Assembly: GCA_977017645.1 (NCBI GenBank)
Contig: OZ360238.1
Coordinates: 43,462,001-43,505,583, forward strand
From: Torpedo marmorata
Lineage: Eukaryota
Length of the DNA stretch: 43,583 nt
Direction of reading: 5' to 3'
The position numbers and the translations under genes are program-made. Shown here one piece after another: positions 12,012-24,044 of this stretch. Position 1 is the first letter of the stretch. Every line of letters begins with the position of its first letter. The notes under the pieces are model-generated. The model did no database searches and was not told the origin of the DNA. It saw only the letters and a list, made by a program, of their open reading frames with translations.

Positions 12012-14539
12012 CACCCTCCAACTCCCCCCTCTGACCTCCCCAACCCTCTCCCTCCCCCCAACACCCTCCACAACACCGATCCCCACTCTAACCCCTGCTT
12101 TGTTTTTACCATCCCCTCCGACCTTCCCCTCTCTGAGACGGAGCGCTCGGTCCTCAGTAGAGGCCTCACCTTCCTCCCCCTCCACCAACACCTCAACGAG
12201 TTCAGCGCACGCCGTGATGCCGAACTCTTCTTCTGTCGCCTCCACCTCCGGGCTGACTTCCATGACCGTGACTCTCCACCCCCCACCCAAGACCCTTTCT
12301 CCCACTTCAAGCCTTCTTCCTCTTCCTGGACACCTCGCCCTGGCCAGCTGACCGCTCTGGACCTTTTTATTTCCAACTGCCGCCGAGACATCAACCGTCT
12401 CAACTTCACCACCCCCCTCTCGTATTCCAACCTCACCTCCTCAGAACGCTCTGCCCTCCACTCTCTCCCCAACAATCCCAACCTAACCATCAAACCCGCA
12501 GACAAGGGCGGTGCGGTTATGGTCTGGCGCACTGACCTCTACCTTGCCGAGGCCAGTCGACAGCTCTCAGACACCTCCTCCTACCGACCCCTCCCACAGG
12601 ACCCCACCACTACACATCAAGCCACTGTCTCCAACACCCTCTCTGACCTCATCACCTGCGGTCACCTCCCCTCCACGGCCACCAACCTCATTCTCCCCCA
12701 CCCCCGCACTGCCCGTTTCTACCTTCTACCCAAGATACACAAACCAACCATCCGGGCAGACCCATTGTTTCTGCCTGCTCCTGCCCCACTGAACTAGTTT
12801 CATCTTACCTTGACTCCATCTTTTCTCCCCTGGTCCAATCCCTCCCCACCTACATCCGCGACACCTCACATGCCCTCCATCTCCTCAATGACTTCAGATT
12901 CCCTGAACCGGACCGCATCATCTTCACCATGGATGTCCAATCCCTTTATACCTCTATCCCCCACACGGAAGGACTGAAAGCACTTCGCTTCTTCCTGGAC
13001 CAAAGACCCGACCCGTCACCCTCTACCACCACCCTCCTCCGCCTGGCAGAACTTGTCCTCACTCTCAATAACTTCTCCTTGAACTCATCCCACTTCCTCC
13101 AAATCAAAGGAGTAGCCAAGGGTATCCGCATGGGTCCCAGCTACACCTGCCTGTTTATGGGCTTTGTGGAGCAATCAATGCTGCAAGCCTACACAGGCAA
13201 GACCCCTCATCTCTTCCTCCGTTATATCGATGACTACATCGGGGCTGCCTCATGCACCCGCGATGAGCTTGTCAACTTCATCCACTTCGCATCCAACTTC
13301 CACCACGATCTCAAACTCACCTGGTACATCTCCAATAACACTCTCCCCTTCCTGGACCTCTCTGTCTCCATCTCAGGAGACAAGCTTTCCACCGACATTT
13401 ACTACAAACCCTCCAACTCCCACAACTATCTGGACTACACTTCCTCACACCCTGACGCCTGCAAGGATTCCATCCCCTTCTCTCAATTTCTCCGTCTCCG
13501 CCGCATCTGTTCCCAAGATGAGGTGTTCCAGTCCAGATCTTCTGAAATGTCTGCCTTCTTCCACAAACGTGGCTTCCCCTCCACCACCATCAACTCAGCC
13601 CTCACCCGCATCCCCTCCATTTCCCGCTCATCTGCCCTGGCCCCCTCTGCCCCCAGACACAACAAAAATAGAATCCCCCTCATCTTCACCTACCACCCCA
13701 CCAGCCTCCGCATCCAACACATTATCCACCAGAAATTCCGGCACCTACTACAGGTTACCACCACCAGACACATTTTTCATTTTTCATTCTCCTCCCCTCT
13801 CGGCCTTCCGTAGGGACCTCTCCCACCGCGATTCCCTCGTGCACTCATCCCTCCCCACCCATCGCAACCCCGGCACCTTCCCCTGTGCCCACAGGAGGTG
13901 CAACACCTGCGCCCACACCACCCCCCTCACCATGGTCCGGGGCCCCAAACAGGCCTTCCAAGTGAAACTACACTTCACTTGTACATCCAGAGAAATTATT
14001 TACTGCATCCAGTCCTCCCTCTGTGGCTTTCTCTACATTGGAGAGACCGGTCGTAGATTGGGAGATCGCTTTGATGAGCACCTCCTCTCCGTCCGCAACA
14101 ACAGCGACCTCCCATTAGCCAACCATTTCAATTCCGGGTCACAGTCCCACACTCACAGTGCTGTCCATGGCCTTATGTACTATCCCACCCAGACTACCCG
14201 CATATTGGAGGAACAACATCTCATTTTCCGTCTGGGCACTCTCCAGTCAGATGGCATTAACATTGACTTTTCTGCTTTCCACTAAACCTGCTTGTCGTTT
14301 CCTTCCCCTCCCCCCTCACATGTCCTTCCTGTTTTTTTCCAACCCCCCAGCCATCCCTCCTCCCCCTCTTTGCTGCTGTCCCCTCCCTCCTTTCTCCACC
14401 TATCTCCTGCCTTGCCACCCCCCCTTCCCCCCTCACTCTTTTGTTCGGACGCCTGCCGGCATTTTCTCATACTTTGATGAAGGGCTACATAAAAGACACT
14501 GTTTGACCTGCTGAGTTTCTCCAGTATTTGTGTTTTTCA
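12012..14539 (+). mobile_element. Penelope-like element (RT + GIY-YIG), 5'-truncated, inside L1 ORF2
   Basis: IKPADKGGAV, MDVQSLYTSIPH, MGPSY, FLRYIDD, LPFLDL, and IIYCI..LCGFLYIGETGRRLGDRF.EH; splits L1 KGKLA|RVAMEKL; flanks ctggcc / ctagcc. Confidence 0.95.
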
Positions 14540-15130
14540 CTAGCCAACTTTCCCTTCCACAAAAAATTCCTAATAATTAAATTTAAATCCTTAAAGAATT
14601 TTTGAGGAATTTCATAAGGAATTGATTGAAAAAGGTATTGAATTCTTGGAAAAACATTCATTTTGATACAATTTACCCTTCCTATTAAAGTTATAGGTAA
14701 ATCTTTCCAACTCTCTAAATCCTTTTTAATATTAGGAAATAATGGTAAATGATTTAATTTATATAAATTACCTAATTTTGTATCTATTTTTATTCCCAAA
14801 TATTTAATTCCATTATTTGACCATTTAAATCGTGTAATTTCTTTACATTTATTATAGTCTCCTTATATCAATGTCATAATTTCACTTTTATCAGAATTAA
14901 TCTTATAACCAGATATTTCCCCATATTCTCTCAATAAAACAGTCAATTGTGTTAAAGAATTAATAGTTTTGTCATGTAAATCAACACATCAACTGCAAAT
15001 AAACTAATTTTATGTTCTTCTTTTCCAACTTTAATACCTACAATCTTAATATCTTGTCTAATTAATTCTGCTAAAGGTTCTATTGCTAAAATAAACAATG
15101 CTGACGAAAAAGGACATCCTTGTCTAGTTG

Positions 15131-15301
15131 TTCCGACGCCTGCCGGCATTTTCTCATACTTTGATGAAGGGCTCAAGCCCGAAACGTCGGTTATGTATTT
15201 CTACCTTTGCTACATAAAAGACACTGTTTGACCTGCTGAGTTTCTCCAGCATTTGTGTTTTTTACTTCAACCACGGTGTCTACAGATTTTCGTGTTTTAT
15301 T
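15131..15301 (+). mobile_element. Penelope 3'-terminal (pLTR) fragment inside L1 ORF2
   Basis: Near-identical to 38118-38286; perfect 14-bp TSD tccttgtctagttg at 15117-15130 and 15302-15315. Confidence 0.92.
15156..15198 (+). ncRNA. Minimal hammerhead-ribozyme-like motif
   Basis: uUGAUGA-a-GGGC(ucaa)GCCC-GAAAC(gucg)GUU with short AUAC/GUAU stem I; non-canonical U3. Confidence 0.5.
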
Positions 15302-16387
15302 TCCTTGTCTAGTTGAACTAGTCAACAAAAATTTTGAAGAAATTTGTCCATTTGTCACCACCCTGGCAGAGGGTTCTTTATATATAGTTTTAATCCAATT
15401 AATAAATGTAGTTTCAAAACCAAATTTTTCTAACACTTTAAATAAATAATTCCATTCTAATCTATCAAAAGCCTTTTCGGCATCTAATGTTAATACTAGT
15501 GCTAATTCCTCTTTCTTTTGTGCCACATTTATTAAACTAATCAATCTGGCAATATTATCCTTTGAATATCTATTCTTAATAAAACCCACTTGATCTGCAT
15601 GAATGAAATCTGGTAAATATTTTGCCACTCTGTTTGCTAAAATTTTTGCCATTATCTTATAATCCACATTTAACAATGAAATTGGTCTATATGATTCTGC
15701 TTTCAACAAATCGCTATCTTTTTTAGGTATAACTTATTATTGCATTTGAAAATGTTTCCGGTAGAGAATGAGATTCCGTTATTTGTTTTAACACCTCCAT
15801 ATATGGAGGTATCAATAAATCTTTAAATTCCTTTTAAAATTCTGATGGAAAACCATTCTCCCCTGGAGACTTTCCACTTGTTAAGGAACTAAGAGCATCA
15901 TTAACTTGTCTCATTGTAAATGATGCATCTAAAAATGTTTTACTTTGGGTATTTAATCTAGGTAACTTGATTTTAGATAAAAATTCATTAATTTTAGAGT
16001 CATCTTTATCGGTTTGAGATTTATATAAATTTAAATAAAATTCCTTAAATTAATCATTTATTTCTCGAGGTTTATATGTTATTTTCTTTGAATTCTTTTT
16101 ATAGCACTTATAGTTTGAGAAATTTGTTCTTTCTTTAGTTTCCATGCTAACACTTTATGAGCTCTTTCTCCCAATTCATAATATCTTTGCTAAGTTCTTT
16201 CAATTAATTTTTCCATTTTATATGTTTGTAACATATTATAATGGAATTTTTTTCTCAATTAAATGGCGTGATGGCATAGGTTGGAGACATGGGAATACAC
16301 CTCTCCCTACAGAATTAATCAAAAACTGTACAAAAAAAAATTATTTAAATACTAAAGAAGTTAAGATTGTTTGTTAACTACTGAAGA

Positions 16388-18782
16388 ATGTCTATAAGAA
16401 AAGGGAAAGAACAAAAGTCAAAGAAAATAGTGCTTAAAGAAAGTCTAATTCAAGAAGAAGTTTGGCCTACCTTAGTGATGGAGCTGCGGGATCAAGTTTC
16501 TCTCCCTCCCAGGATGATGCGGAAGATGATGGCAAAGGTAACTGCAGCACCAGCGCCACCTTCCCGGGGAGCTGGGGAAGATGGTGCTGGAGCTCGAAGG
16601 AAGACTAAGGAACTACAACGGGAGAGTGAATGACCGTGCACGCACGAAATGAAGCGCATGCGCGAAAAAGAACGGGAGCTGTCAATGTTAGTTGACAGCA
16701 AAAGAAGAGTCCTTCAATCATTTCAATATGATGCTGGACAAGAATTGTCATCATCAACGGAATCAGAGGATAAAAGGAGAGAGAAAGAAATATATGAAGA
16801 AGTGGAGGGAGAAACAGAAGAGATGGAGGGAGAGGAAGAAGAATTAAGTGGAGGAGAGGTAGCTCAAATACTTCAAGGTAAACAAGAAATATCAGCTACT
16901 TTTATTCAACCTATGGATAAATTAACAAAACAAGTGTCAATAATGAATCAACGCATGGAATATAGATTTAATGAAGTTCAGGAAGAAATGAAAGATATTA
17001 AACATGATATGAAAAAATATACAAATACTGTGGACAAAGTAATATTGAAAGTCCAGAAAATTGAAAAGGATGTTAAAGAAAAAGAACATTATGAAGAAAT
17101 GGTGGACTGTAAAGATAGAGAGGACAAAGTGGAAGACTCATTTACAGGTTGGGAGCAACAAAGAAATGAACTTTTACAAAAAATAGATACATTGGAGAAT
17201 CAGAGTCGGAGAAATAATGTTAAAATTGTGGGATTGCCCGAAGGTTATGAAGGGATAAATTCAACTGAATCCTTTCAAAATTGGATTCCAAAAATTTTGT
17301 GTAGTGAATATTTTCCAAAGGGACTTGAATTAGATAGAGCCCATAGAGATAACAGAAGGAAACCATATCCTGGACAAATGCCACGCTCAGTTACCAGGAT
17401 AAAGAGAAGATACTGAGATTAGCTGTTCTAAATTCTAGAAAGAATCAGGGTCCATTGATGATCAATAAAAATAGGATATATTTTTAGTTGAAAGGTTGGG
17501 TTATGGTTTGACTTTACCAAGACAAAGCGAATTGGAATTATTAGTTATTAATGGAGGTGTAAATAAATTTATTTCTCAAATGTATAGATTATTACAGAGA
17601 AAAATGCCTTAAAGTAGGAATTCACAAATCAAGATTAAAATGGGAATCAGATTTGAACGTAACAATAGATGAAGAACATTGGAAGGAATTATGTAAATTA
17701 AGTATGACAAAGATTATTAATGTCAGATATAGACTAGTGCAATATAATTTTTTTCATCAATTATATTTAACACCTAAAAAATTAAAGAAATTTAATCCGA
17801 CATTATCTGGTTTATGTTTTAGATGTAATAGAGAGGAAGGTTCTTTTGTACATTCTACATGGCTTTGTCCAAAGGTATATGATTTCTGGTTGAAAGTTAA
17901 AAAGTTTTTAGATAAAGTATTAAGAATTACTCTCCCAATGGATCCTATGATATTTTTATTTGGAGATATTAAAAGAATTAGTACCAAGATGAAATTAAAT
18001 ATGTATCAAATAGAATTTTTGCGAATTGCTTTAGCTGTTTCTAAGAAATGTATTGCTATTACATGGAAATCTGATGTAGATTTAGGGTTAGATAGATGGC
18101 ATGCAGAACTTCGTTCAGCTATACCACTTGAAAAAATTACTTATAATTTACACAATAAATATAATTTCTTTTTGAAAATATGGAGCCCATATATAAAAAC
18201 GGTTGGTTTAAGGATTTGAAGATCTCTGGATATCAGATCTCACTGATGAACCAATTTTACTAGATTAGTAGGGGTGGGAGGGTTAGGGAGGGGAGGGAGG
18301 GTGGGGAGGAGAAAATGTATCACATATATTTTGATAATTTTGCATTTTATACAGTGTATTGTGTGATTTAAAAATTTTAAATAAAATATTTTAAAAAAAA
18401 TAAATTAAAATAGGATATTTTTTATGCTGATCTAAACACAGCAATAATTAAAAAACGAAAAGAATTTAACCCAGCCAAAGCAATTTTTTGGAACAAAGGA
18501 TATGAATTTTCATTTAGATATCCTGCGATATTGAAGGTACAGTCGGGAGAGAATCAGTCATCTTTTTTTACTGATCATCAAGAAGCTTTGAAGTATGCAA
18601 ATTCACTCCTAAATTTAAAGAAAGATCAAGAATTGATTGGGCAACCTCAAGTTATTATGGAACCGACTCGGGACTTGTTTCCATCAAGAGAGAAATTTCA
18701 AGTAACTTCAGGACAAGAAGATGTAGTTGAAATAGATGATGATCAAGTTAACAGAGATCTGGAAAATGCTGGATTGGAATGA
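16388..18782 (+). pseudogene. L1 ORF1 (Transposase_22-like), disrupted and interrupted
   Basis: Coiled coil, then LENQSRRNNVKIVGLPEG, LELDRAHR; continues after the insertion as IFFYADL...RKEF...RYPAILKV. Confidence 0.9.
17480..18406 (+). mobile_element. 5'-truncated L1 3' end nested in ORF1
   Basis: ORF 17653-18219 closely matches the ORF2 C-terminus at 10902-11615; 12-bp TSD aaaataggatat at 17468-17479 and 18407-18418; A-rich tail. Confidence 0.92.
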
Positions 18783-19089
18783 AGAAACAATAACAAATGT
18801 TATGTAAAATCTGTATGGGGTGGGGGGGGGGTGGACTTTTTGTCTTCTCTGCACCTAACCACACGTCATCTTAGTGGAGAGGGCCACTTCCCAAACAGTA
18901 GAGGGTGGTAGTACTGGTATAAATATACCAGTATTATTATTTTTTCTCTTTTTAAAAAAAATATAGTGGGATTTTTTACTTTTTAAATTTATTTATTTTC
19001 TTTCCTTTCTAAGGAGATGTCAAATATATTACAAATGTGGAAGGGGGAACCAGTCAGTCGGATAGAGAGAGATTTATTAAATACTAGAA

Positions 19090-20050
19090 ATGGCGGATAG
19101 TAAATCAATAAATTTAGTAAGTATCAATATAAATGGGCTAAATAATCCGATTAAAAGGAAGAAAACTTTAGCATATATTAAAAAATTAAAAGTTGATATA
19201 GCTTTTTTACAAAAGACACATTTGACAGAAATAGAACATCAGAAGTTGAAAAGAGAATGGGTTGGTCAAGTGGTAGTGTCTTCATTTAATTCTAAAGCAA
19301 AAGGAGTTGCTATATTAATTAATAAAAAGTTACCTTTTAAAATACAATCTGTGGTTATAGATGTTGCAGGAAGATTTGTTTTAATAAATTGTCAAATATA
19401 TTCAGAAATGTGGACACTTATGAATATATATGTACCAAATATGGAAGATGAACAATTTATTCAAGACTCTTTTATGCACTTGTCAGAAGCAAATGATAAT
19501 ATTTTAATTGGTGGAGATTTTAATTTTAGTTTAGATCCAATAATGGATAAAACATCAGAATCAATTATCAGAACTAAAACTGCTAAAAGAATTCTTACTT
19601 TGATGAAAGATTTGAATTTAATAGATATTTGGAGGAAGTTGAATCCAAAAGAAAAATACTATTCCTTTTACTCTTTTAGACATGATTCTTATTCTAGAAT
19701 AGACATGTTTTTATTGTCATCACAATTAGAAGAGAGGGTGACTCAAGTGCAATATAAAGATAGAATAATTTCTGATCATTCACCTCTTTTAATGTCATGT
19801 ATAATTCCAGAAAAAGAAAAAATGATATATAGATGGAGATTTAATTCTTCCTTATTGAAAAGAATGGATTTTTGTAATTATATAAGAAGAGAAATTCAAG
19901 ATTTTTTACAGATTAATTCTAATTCGACTAATAATATATTTATTATTTGGGAAGTTTTAAAGGCTTATTTAAGAGGTCAAATAATAAGTTATTCTGCAAA
20001 AGTTAAGAAGGAATATATTCAGGAATTGGATAATCTGGAGAAGAAGATTG
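19090..20050 (+). pseudogene. L1 ORF2 N-terminus (APE endonuclease), truncated at the inversion point
   Basis: NINGLN, GGDFN, SRID, SDH and WRFN motifs; LQETH is mutated to LQKTH; the ORF runs into flanking DNA to 20148. Confidence 0.93.
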
Positions 20051-20391
20051 AGCCTTGCAAACTAATTGTGTTGTGTATTTTCTCTGACAATATGTGTTTA
20101 GATGTTACACTACTTTTTTTTCACTTTACATTCTTCCTGTTAATGTAAGGGTGTTTTGCTATTGAATGGAATACTTTCCATTTTGGACTTCCTCTATTAA
20201 TGTCAAGTGATACCAGGTAGCAGTTATAATCAGTGGAAAGCTTTCTCTGCTCAGCCTCCATCCACCTTCAAAATAACCCTTTCTACTGCATCCATTATCA
20301 ATTTTGTGTTTTCCATCATCCTTGAATTCATGTTCATTCGTACTAAATTAGGAGGTGGTTTTTGAAAATTGATCGATGCAGAGGGAAATAA

Positions 20392-20512
20392 AATATTGCA
20401 GATGTTGGAAATTTGGTATAAAACGGAAAATACTGAGAATATTCATAGGGTCAAGCAGCATCTGTGGAGAAAGAAACAGAATCAATGTTTCAAGTTAATG
20501 AGCGTTCATCAC
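20392..20512 (-). mobile_element. Old Penelope-derived terminal remnant
   Basis: ttgcagatgttggaaat...gggtcaagcagcatctgtggag...gtttc...ttcatca, the reverse of the pLTR motifs. Confidence 0.5.
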
Positions 20513-20542
20513 AATGGATTGCAGCTGGATTTGAAAGTATGA

Positions 20543-20955
20543 CTTGCATTCCTGCTGTTGTCCTCACAATACCTCAAAGTGTTTCGTAGGCAATGAAATA
20601 CTTCAAAAGAATTGTAGCTGTGGCAATGTAGGAAACAGTGCAGCTGATACATGTAGAACAAGCTCCCAGAAGTTGAAATATGCTTCTAATCAGATATGTT
20701 TTTGTTGCATAGCATTGAATTAATTATAAATATTGGCTCGGCAAATAGGGTTAACTTCCTTGCCCATCTTCTAAGAAGTGTGATGGAATCTTTCAATTTC
20801 GTTAATAGGTTCTTGTTTGAGATCAATCTTGAAAGCAGCATCACAACAATGAAGGATTCTCCCAGTATTGCATTGCAATGAAAGGCTAGGAGTTTTTTCT
20901 CTCCAAATTTATGAAAAGGGGCTGGATTATAACCAACTGATTTAAAAGCAAGTTT
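20543..20955 (-). mobile_element. DeuSINE, degraded
   Basis: Reverse Deu-like motifs acttgcatt...caaagtgttt...aatgaaatactt...aatgtaggaaac...ataaatattggc...atggaatcttt. Confidence 0.6.
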
Positions 20956-21145
20956 GTCATTCAAAGAAGCACAGTAGATTCAATGCAAGATATAAGTGCA
21001 ATAAAATCATTACCATTGATCTCTTGTTATGAGATGGACTGCAATTTAGACTATAATTTAGTTCTTCTGTGGGAAGAGGGAAAAGAGAGTGCAAACAGGA
21101 TCATATTACCAAATTTGTAGATGAAGCTGGTTTTTCTACCATTGA

Positions 21146-21495
21146 ACACTGTGGTATGGTTATTTAAGCTCATGCCTCACAATGTCAGAGAATGTTCAGT
21201 CCGGACCTTGGATGCTGGCTGTCTGGAGTTTGCATGTTCTCCTCATGACTGCGTGTGTTTTCCCTGGATTCTCCAGTTTCCTTCCACATCCCAAAGATTT
21301 GCAGATTGGAGGGTTAATTGGCCACTGTAAATTGACCCCAATGAGTAGATGAGTGGGAGAATCTAGCAGGAGTTGATAAAAATTTGGGGAGAGTAAAACA
21401 AAATGGGAAAAATAAAGGATCAATGGGAGGTCAATGGTCAGTGTGAACTCGATGGGCTGAAGGATCTGCTTCTGCGCTACATCATTCTATGGCTC
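21146..21495 (+). mobile_element. Older V-SINE (HE1-like)
   Basis: V-domain tgtctggagtttgcatgttctcc...gcgtgtgttttccc; taattggccactgtaaattgaccc; CR1-like end gggctgaagg...ttctatg. Confidence 0.8.
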
Positions 21496-21661
21496 TCAAA
21501 GAGAGGAATTTAGTGCCTGTGTGTACATGTGTGTTTGCAATTCTGCATTCTAGACCTATTGTTTCCACAGCTAAGAAGTCAGATTTTGCTGTTAACAAAA
21601 CCAAGTGATCAGCAGTTGTGTGCAGGTGGAAGGTCCAAGCATGGGAGAAGATGTGACAAAT

Positions 21662-22016
21662 ATGGTTTTTACACAGCCGCTGCATAACGGGAAAATATCG
21701 CAAAATTCCCGCAACGCAGGCTGTGTAAAAAGTTCGGAACGGAAATGAGTTCCTGTTCCGAAATTTTTCCTGCGGCAGCCCTCGACATAATTGCGGACTG
21801 CCTGCAGTCTAAACTGAACTGCAGGCACTCCGCAACAATGGGCTAATGAATACGATGTCGACCCACGTCCAGCTACGTAAGTACTGCACCTCAGGTACTT
21901 AAGTCTAAAAACATGGCAATATCCATATAGAAGTTGTTCTGTGTGAACGGCCAATCCGGAAGGTAGATGTGAAAATTGCCGACGGAAAAAAAACATCGGT
22001 TATGTGTAAAAACCAT
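21662..22016. mobile_element. MITE, Harbinger/PIF-like
   Basis: Perfect 14-bp TIRs atggtttttacaca / tgtgtaaaaaccat; CpG-rich; internal tgtg(t)aa repeats; no clean TSD. Confidence 0.75.
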
Positions 22017-22099
22017 GAAAGATTCTGGCAAAAATTTCAAATGAAATGGAGATGATCCACAAGGTAAGATCACAGAGGTTTGTTTCAGAATGAAGAGGT

Positions 22100-22392
22100 T
22101 AAGAGGATCACATTGAATGTGTTGCATTTTAAATGTGGTTTAAAGGGATCTGAGGAAGAATCTTTTCACCCAAGAGAGTGGTTACAATTGGAATTCTTTG
22201 CTTGATGGTGGATTTAAATACCTCACAGCATTTAAAAAGCATTGCTTGAGCACATGAGTTGCCAAGGCGCAGTAGACTACAGAGCAATTGCTGGTACATA
22301 GAATTAGTCTGGATGAGTACATGATGGTTTCTACGGACATGTTGGGGGTGTAGGGCCTGTCTCTATCTGTGTGTCTGGATGACATTATGATT
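22100..22392 (+). mobile_element. Degraded CR1 3' end
   Basis: gatctgaggaagaatcttttcacccaagagagtgg...ggaattct...agggcctgtctct. Confidence 0.55.
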
Positions 22393-23277
22393 CAAAGTCA
22401 GATGAGGTAAAGAAAAGAATACTCAAATTGTTAACTTTAATTTGTTGCAAGTTTTGGGCATTTATTATAAAGGTTTTTATTATATGAAAGATTTGAAAAA
22501 AATGCCAAGTAGAGCAATGTGCATTGGGATATTCTAAATATAGTTGATATTAACTTGGGTGTTCAGGTGAAGGGAAGATATTTAAAATGAGGAAGAGCTG
22601 CATTGAGTTATGCATCCTTTTCCTTCTCTGTCCTTGTGATTGTATACTTGCTTTGTTTCTGATACTGACACTTCAGTGGTGTGTTGTTTGAGTGAGTCAC
22701 TGCTGTATTTCCGAAATGCAAAACAAAGAGTAGGGGTTGGTGGAGATTAGTTTCTGATCAACCGCTCATAGCGGATGTTGGTATATAAAAAAACTTGCCT
22801 GGCTTTCTAATGGTAACTTTGTAAAAGAGCTAATAAACCTTCATGGTTAAGTCCTTGAAAAGTGCTTAGTTCCTTACCGCAGTGATGGAGCAAGGTCACT
22901 GGAGGAAGCTATGAAGATTCAAGAAGTACTGAGGTCAAAAAAGAACTCTCTAATACTCTAATAGGTCAGAATGAGGCCTTGATGAAAGGTTCGCACAGTT
23001 TGGATCAGAGAGGCCACTTTAAGGATTTGTTCCTAAAACACTGTGCTCAGTATCACCCGCCCACAATGTGCTGATATACTGCAGAATCTTGCAGGTGCAG
23101 TTACTGCAATCTGGTCTCTAATGTGAACTTATGGACATAGAAATACATGAATATGATTGAGAAATTATTACTTCACTCACTCTGCTTGCCCCCAACAAAA
23201 CTTAAGTGCTCAAGCTATTTTCCTGGAGGTCTATATTTTGCTATCCTTGTTTAATCTTCTTTTGAAAGTACTGACTT

Positions 23278-23574
23278 TCAAAAAATAAAAATCTTTTTTT
23301 TTTCTCTTCTTCTTTATCTCCTGAACTATTGAAATTAGTAGTTTACGCCTGTATTAAATAGGAATCGCTCTTATAATAGGTTGGGGTTAGAAATTAGATT
23401 AGTTGTAGATTTTTTTTTCTTTTTTCTTTTTTTTATCAATAACATGGATCATATGTATCTTGTTTACCATTGTTTACTATCTGTAATTTTAATTTACTTT
23501 TACCTGAACTTTATATCATATGTACCTATGTATTTGATTTTTTTTTCTCAAAAACCAATAAAAAGATTGGAAAA
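23278..23574 (+). mobile_element. Short retroinsertion, probably an L1 3' UTR of another subfamily
   Basis: Perfect 14-bp TSD gaaagtactgactt at 23264-23277 and 23575-23588; ends aataaaaagattggaaaa. Confidence 0.75.
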
Positions 23575-24044
23575 GAAAGTACTGACTTCTGCTGAGACAT
23601 CACATTACTATATTACCTATAAACCAAAGCAGACAGCCAGAGTGGGCATGTTGAGTGATTGTGGAAGGCTTGAATTCAATGAGTACCCTTACACATACAA
23701 CAAGCAAGAAACAAGATTAGGTTATTACTATATGTAAGCAATCAAAATAACTTTGATGGTTAAAACCTAAACAAAAAATTAAGTCCTTACTGCAAACATT
23801 ATCCCCTTATCATTGCTACACTAGTAATCAAGAAGCTGGGGCTGCAATTCAGAAATAGTTGCAGTAAATCGCAGAAAATAGTTTGAGAATTAGAATCAGT
23901 CTTAAAGATGTCAAAAAAGTGGCAGTGGATCTGCCGTCTGTGGTAAATATATAGCAGGTTCACGTTAACTGTTCTTACTTGCTTTGAGTTTTAATAGCTC
24001 TATGGGGCCTAAAAAAACTCGTCCTCCAGAAGATGCCACTGAAA

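Larger units (their letters stand above)
10782..16250 (-). pseudogene. L1 ORF2 (RT and C-terminal cysteine-rich region), disrupted
   Basis: YRPISLLNVDYKI, LDAEKAFDRLEW, TRQGCPFS, ISLFAVDV (a YADD-equivalent, mutated), CFRC...H...C; stops, frameshifts and two Penelope insertions. Confidence 0.93.
10552..20050 (-). mobile_element. Apparently full-length L1-clade LINE with inverted 5' half and three nested insertions
   Basis: TSD agccttgcaa(g/a)ctaatt at 10535-10551 and 20051-20067; ORF2 RT, C-terminus and 3' UTR on minus 10552-~16255; 5' UTR, ORF1 and EN on plus ~16260-20050. Confidence 0.9.

Noticed and set aside
11960-14514. Antisense and alternate-frame ORFs rich in P/S/T or G/E/R
   Set aside because: Shadows of the C-rich Penelope coding strand; only the RT and GIY-YIG frames are meaningful.
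19090-20148. Intact 352-aa endonuclease ORF as a domesticated gene
   Set aside because: It is the truncated L1 ORF2 arm reading into flanking DNA, and the catalytic Glu motif is mutated (LQETH to LQKTH).
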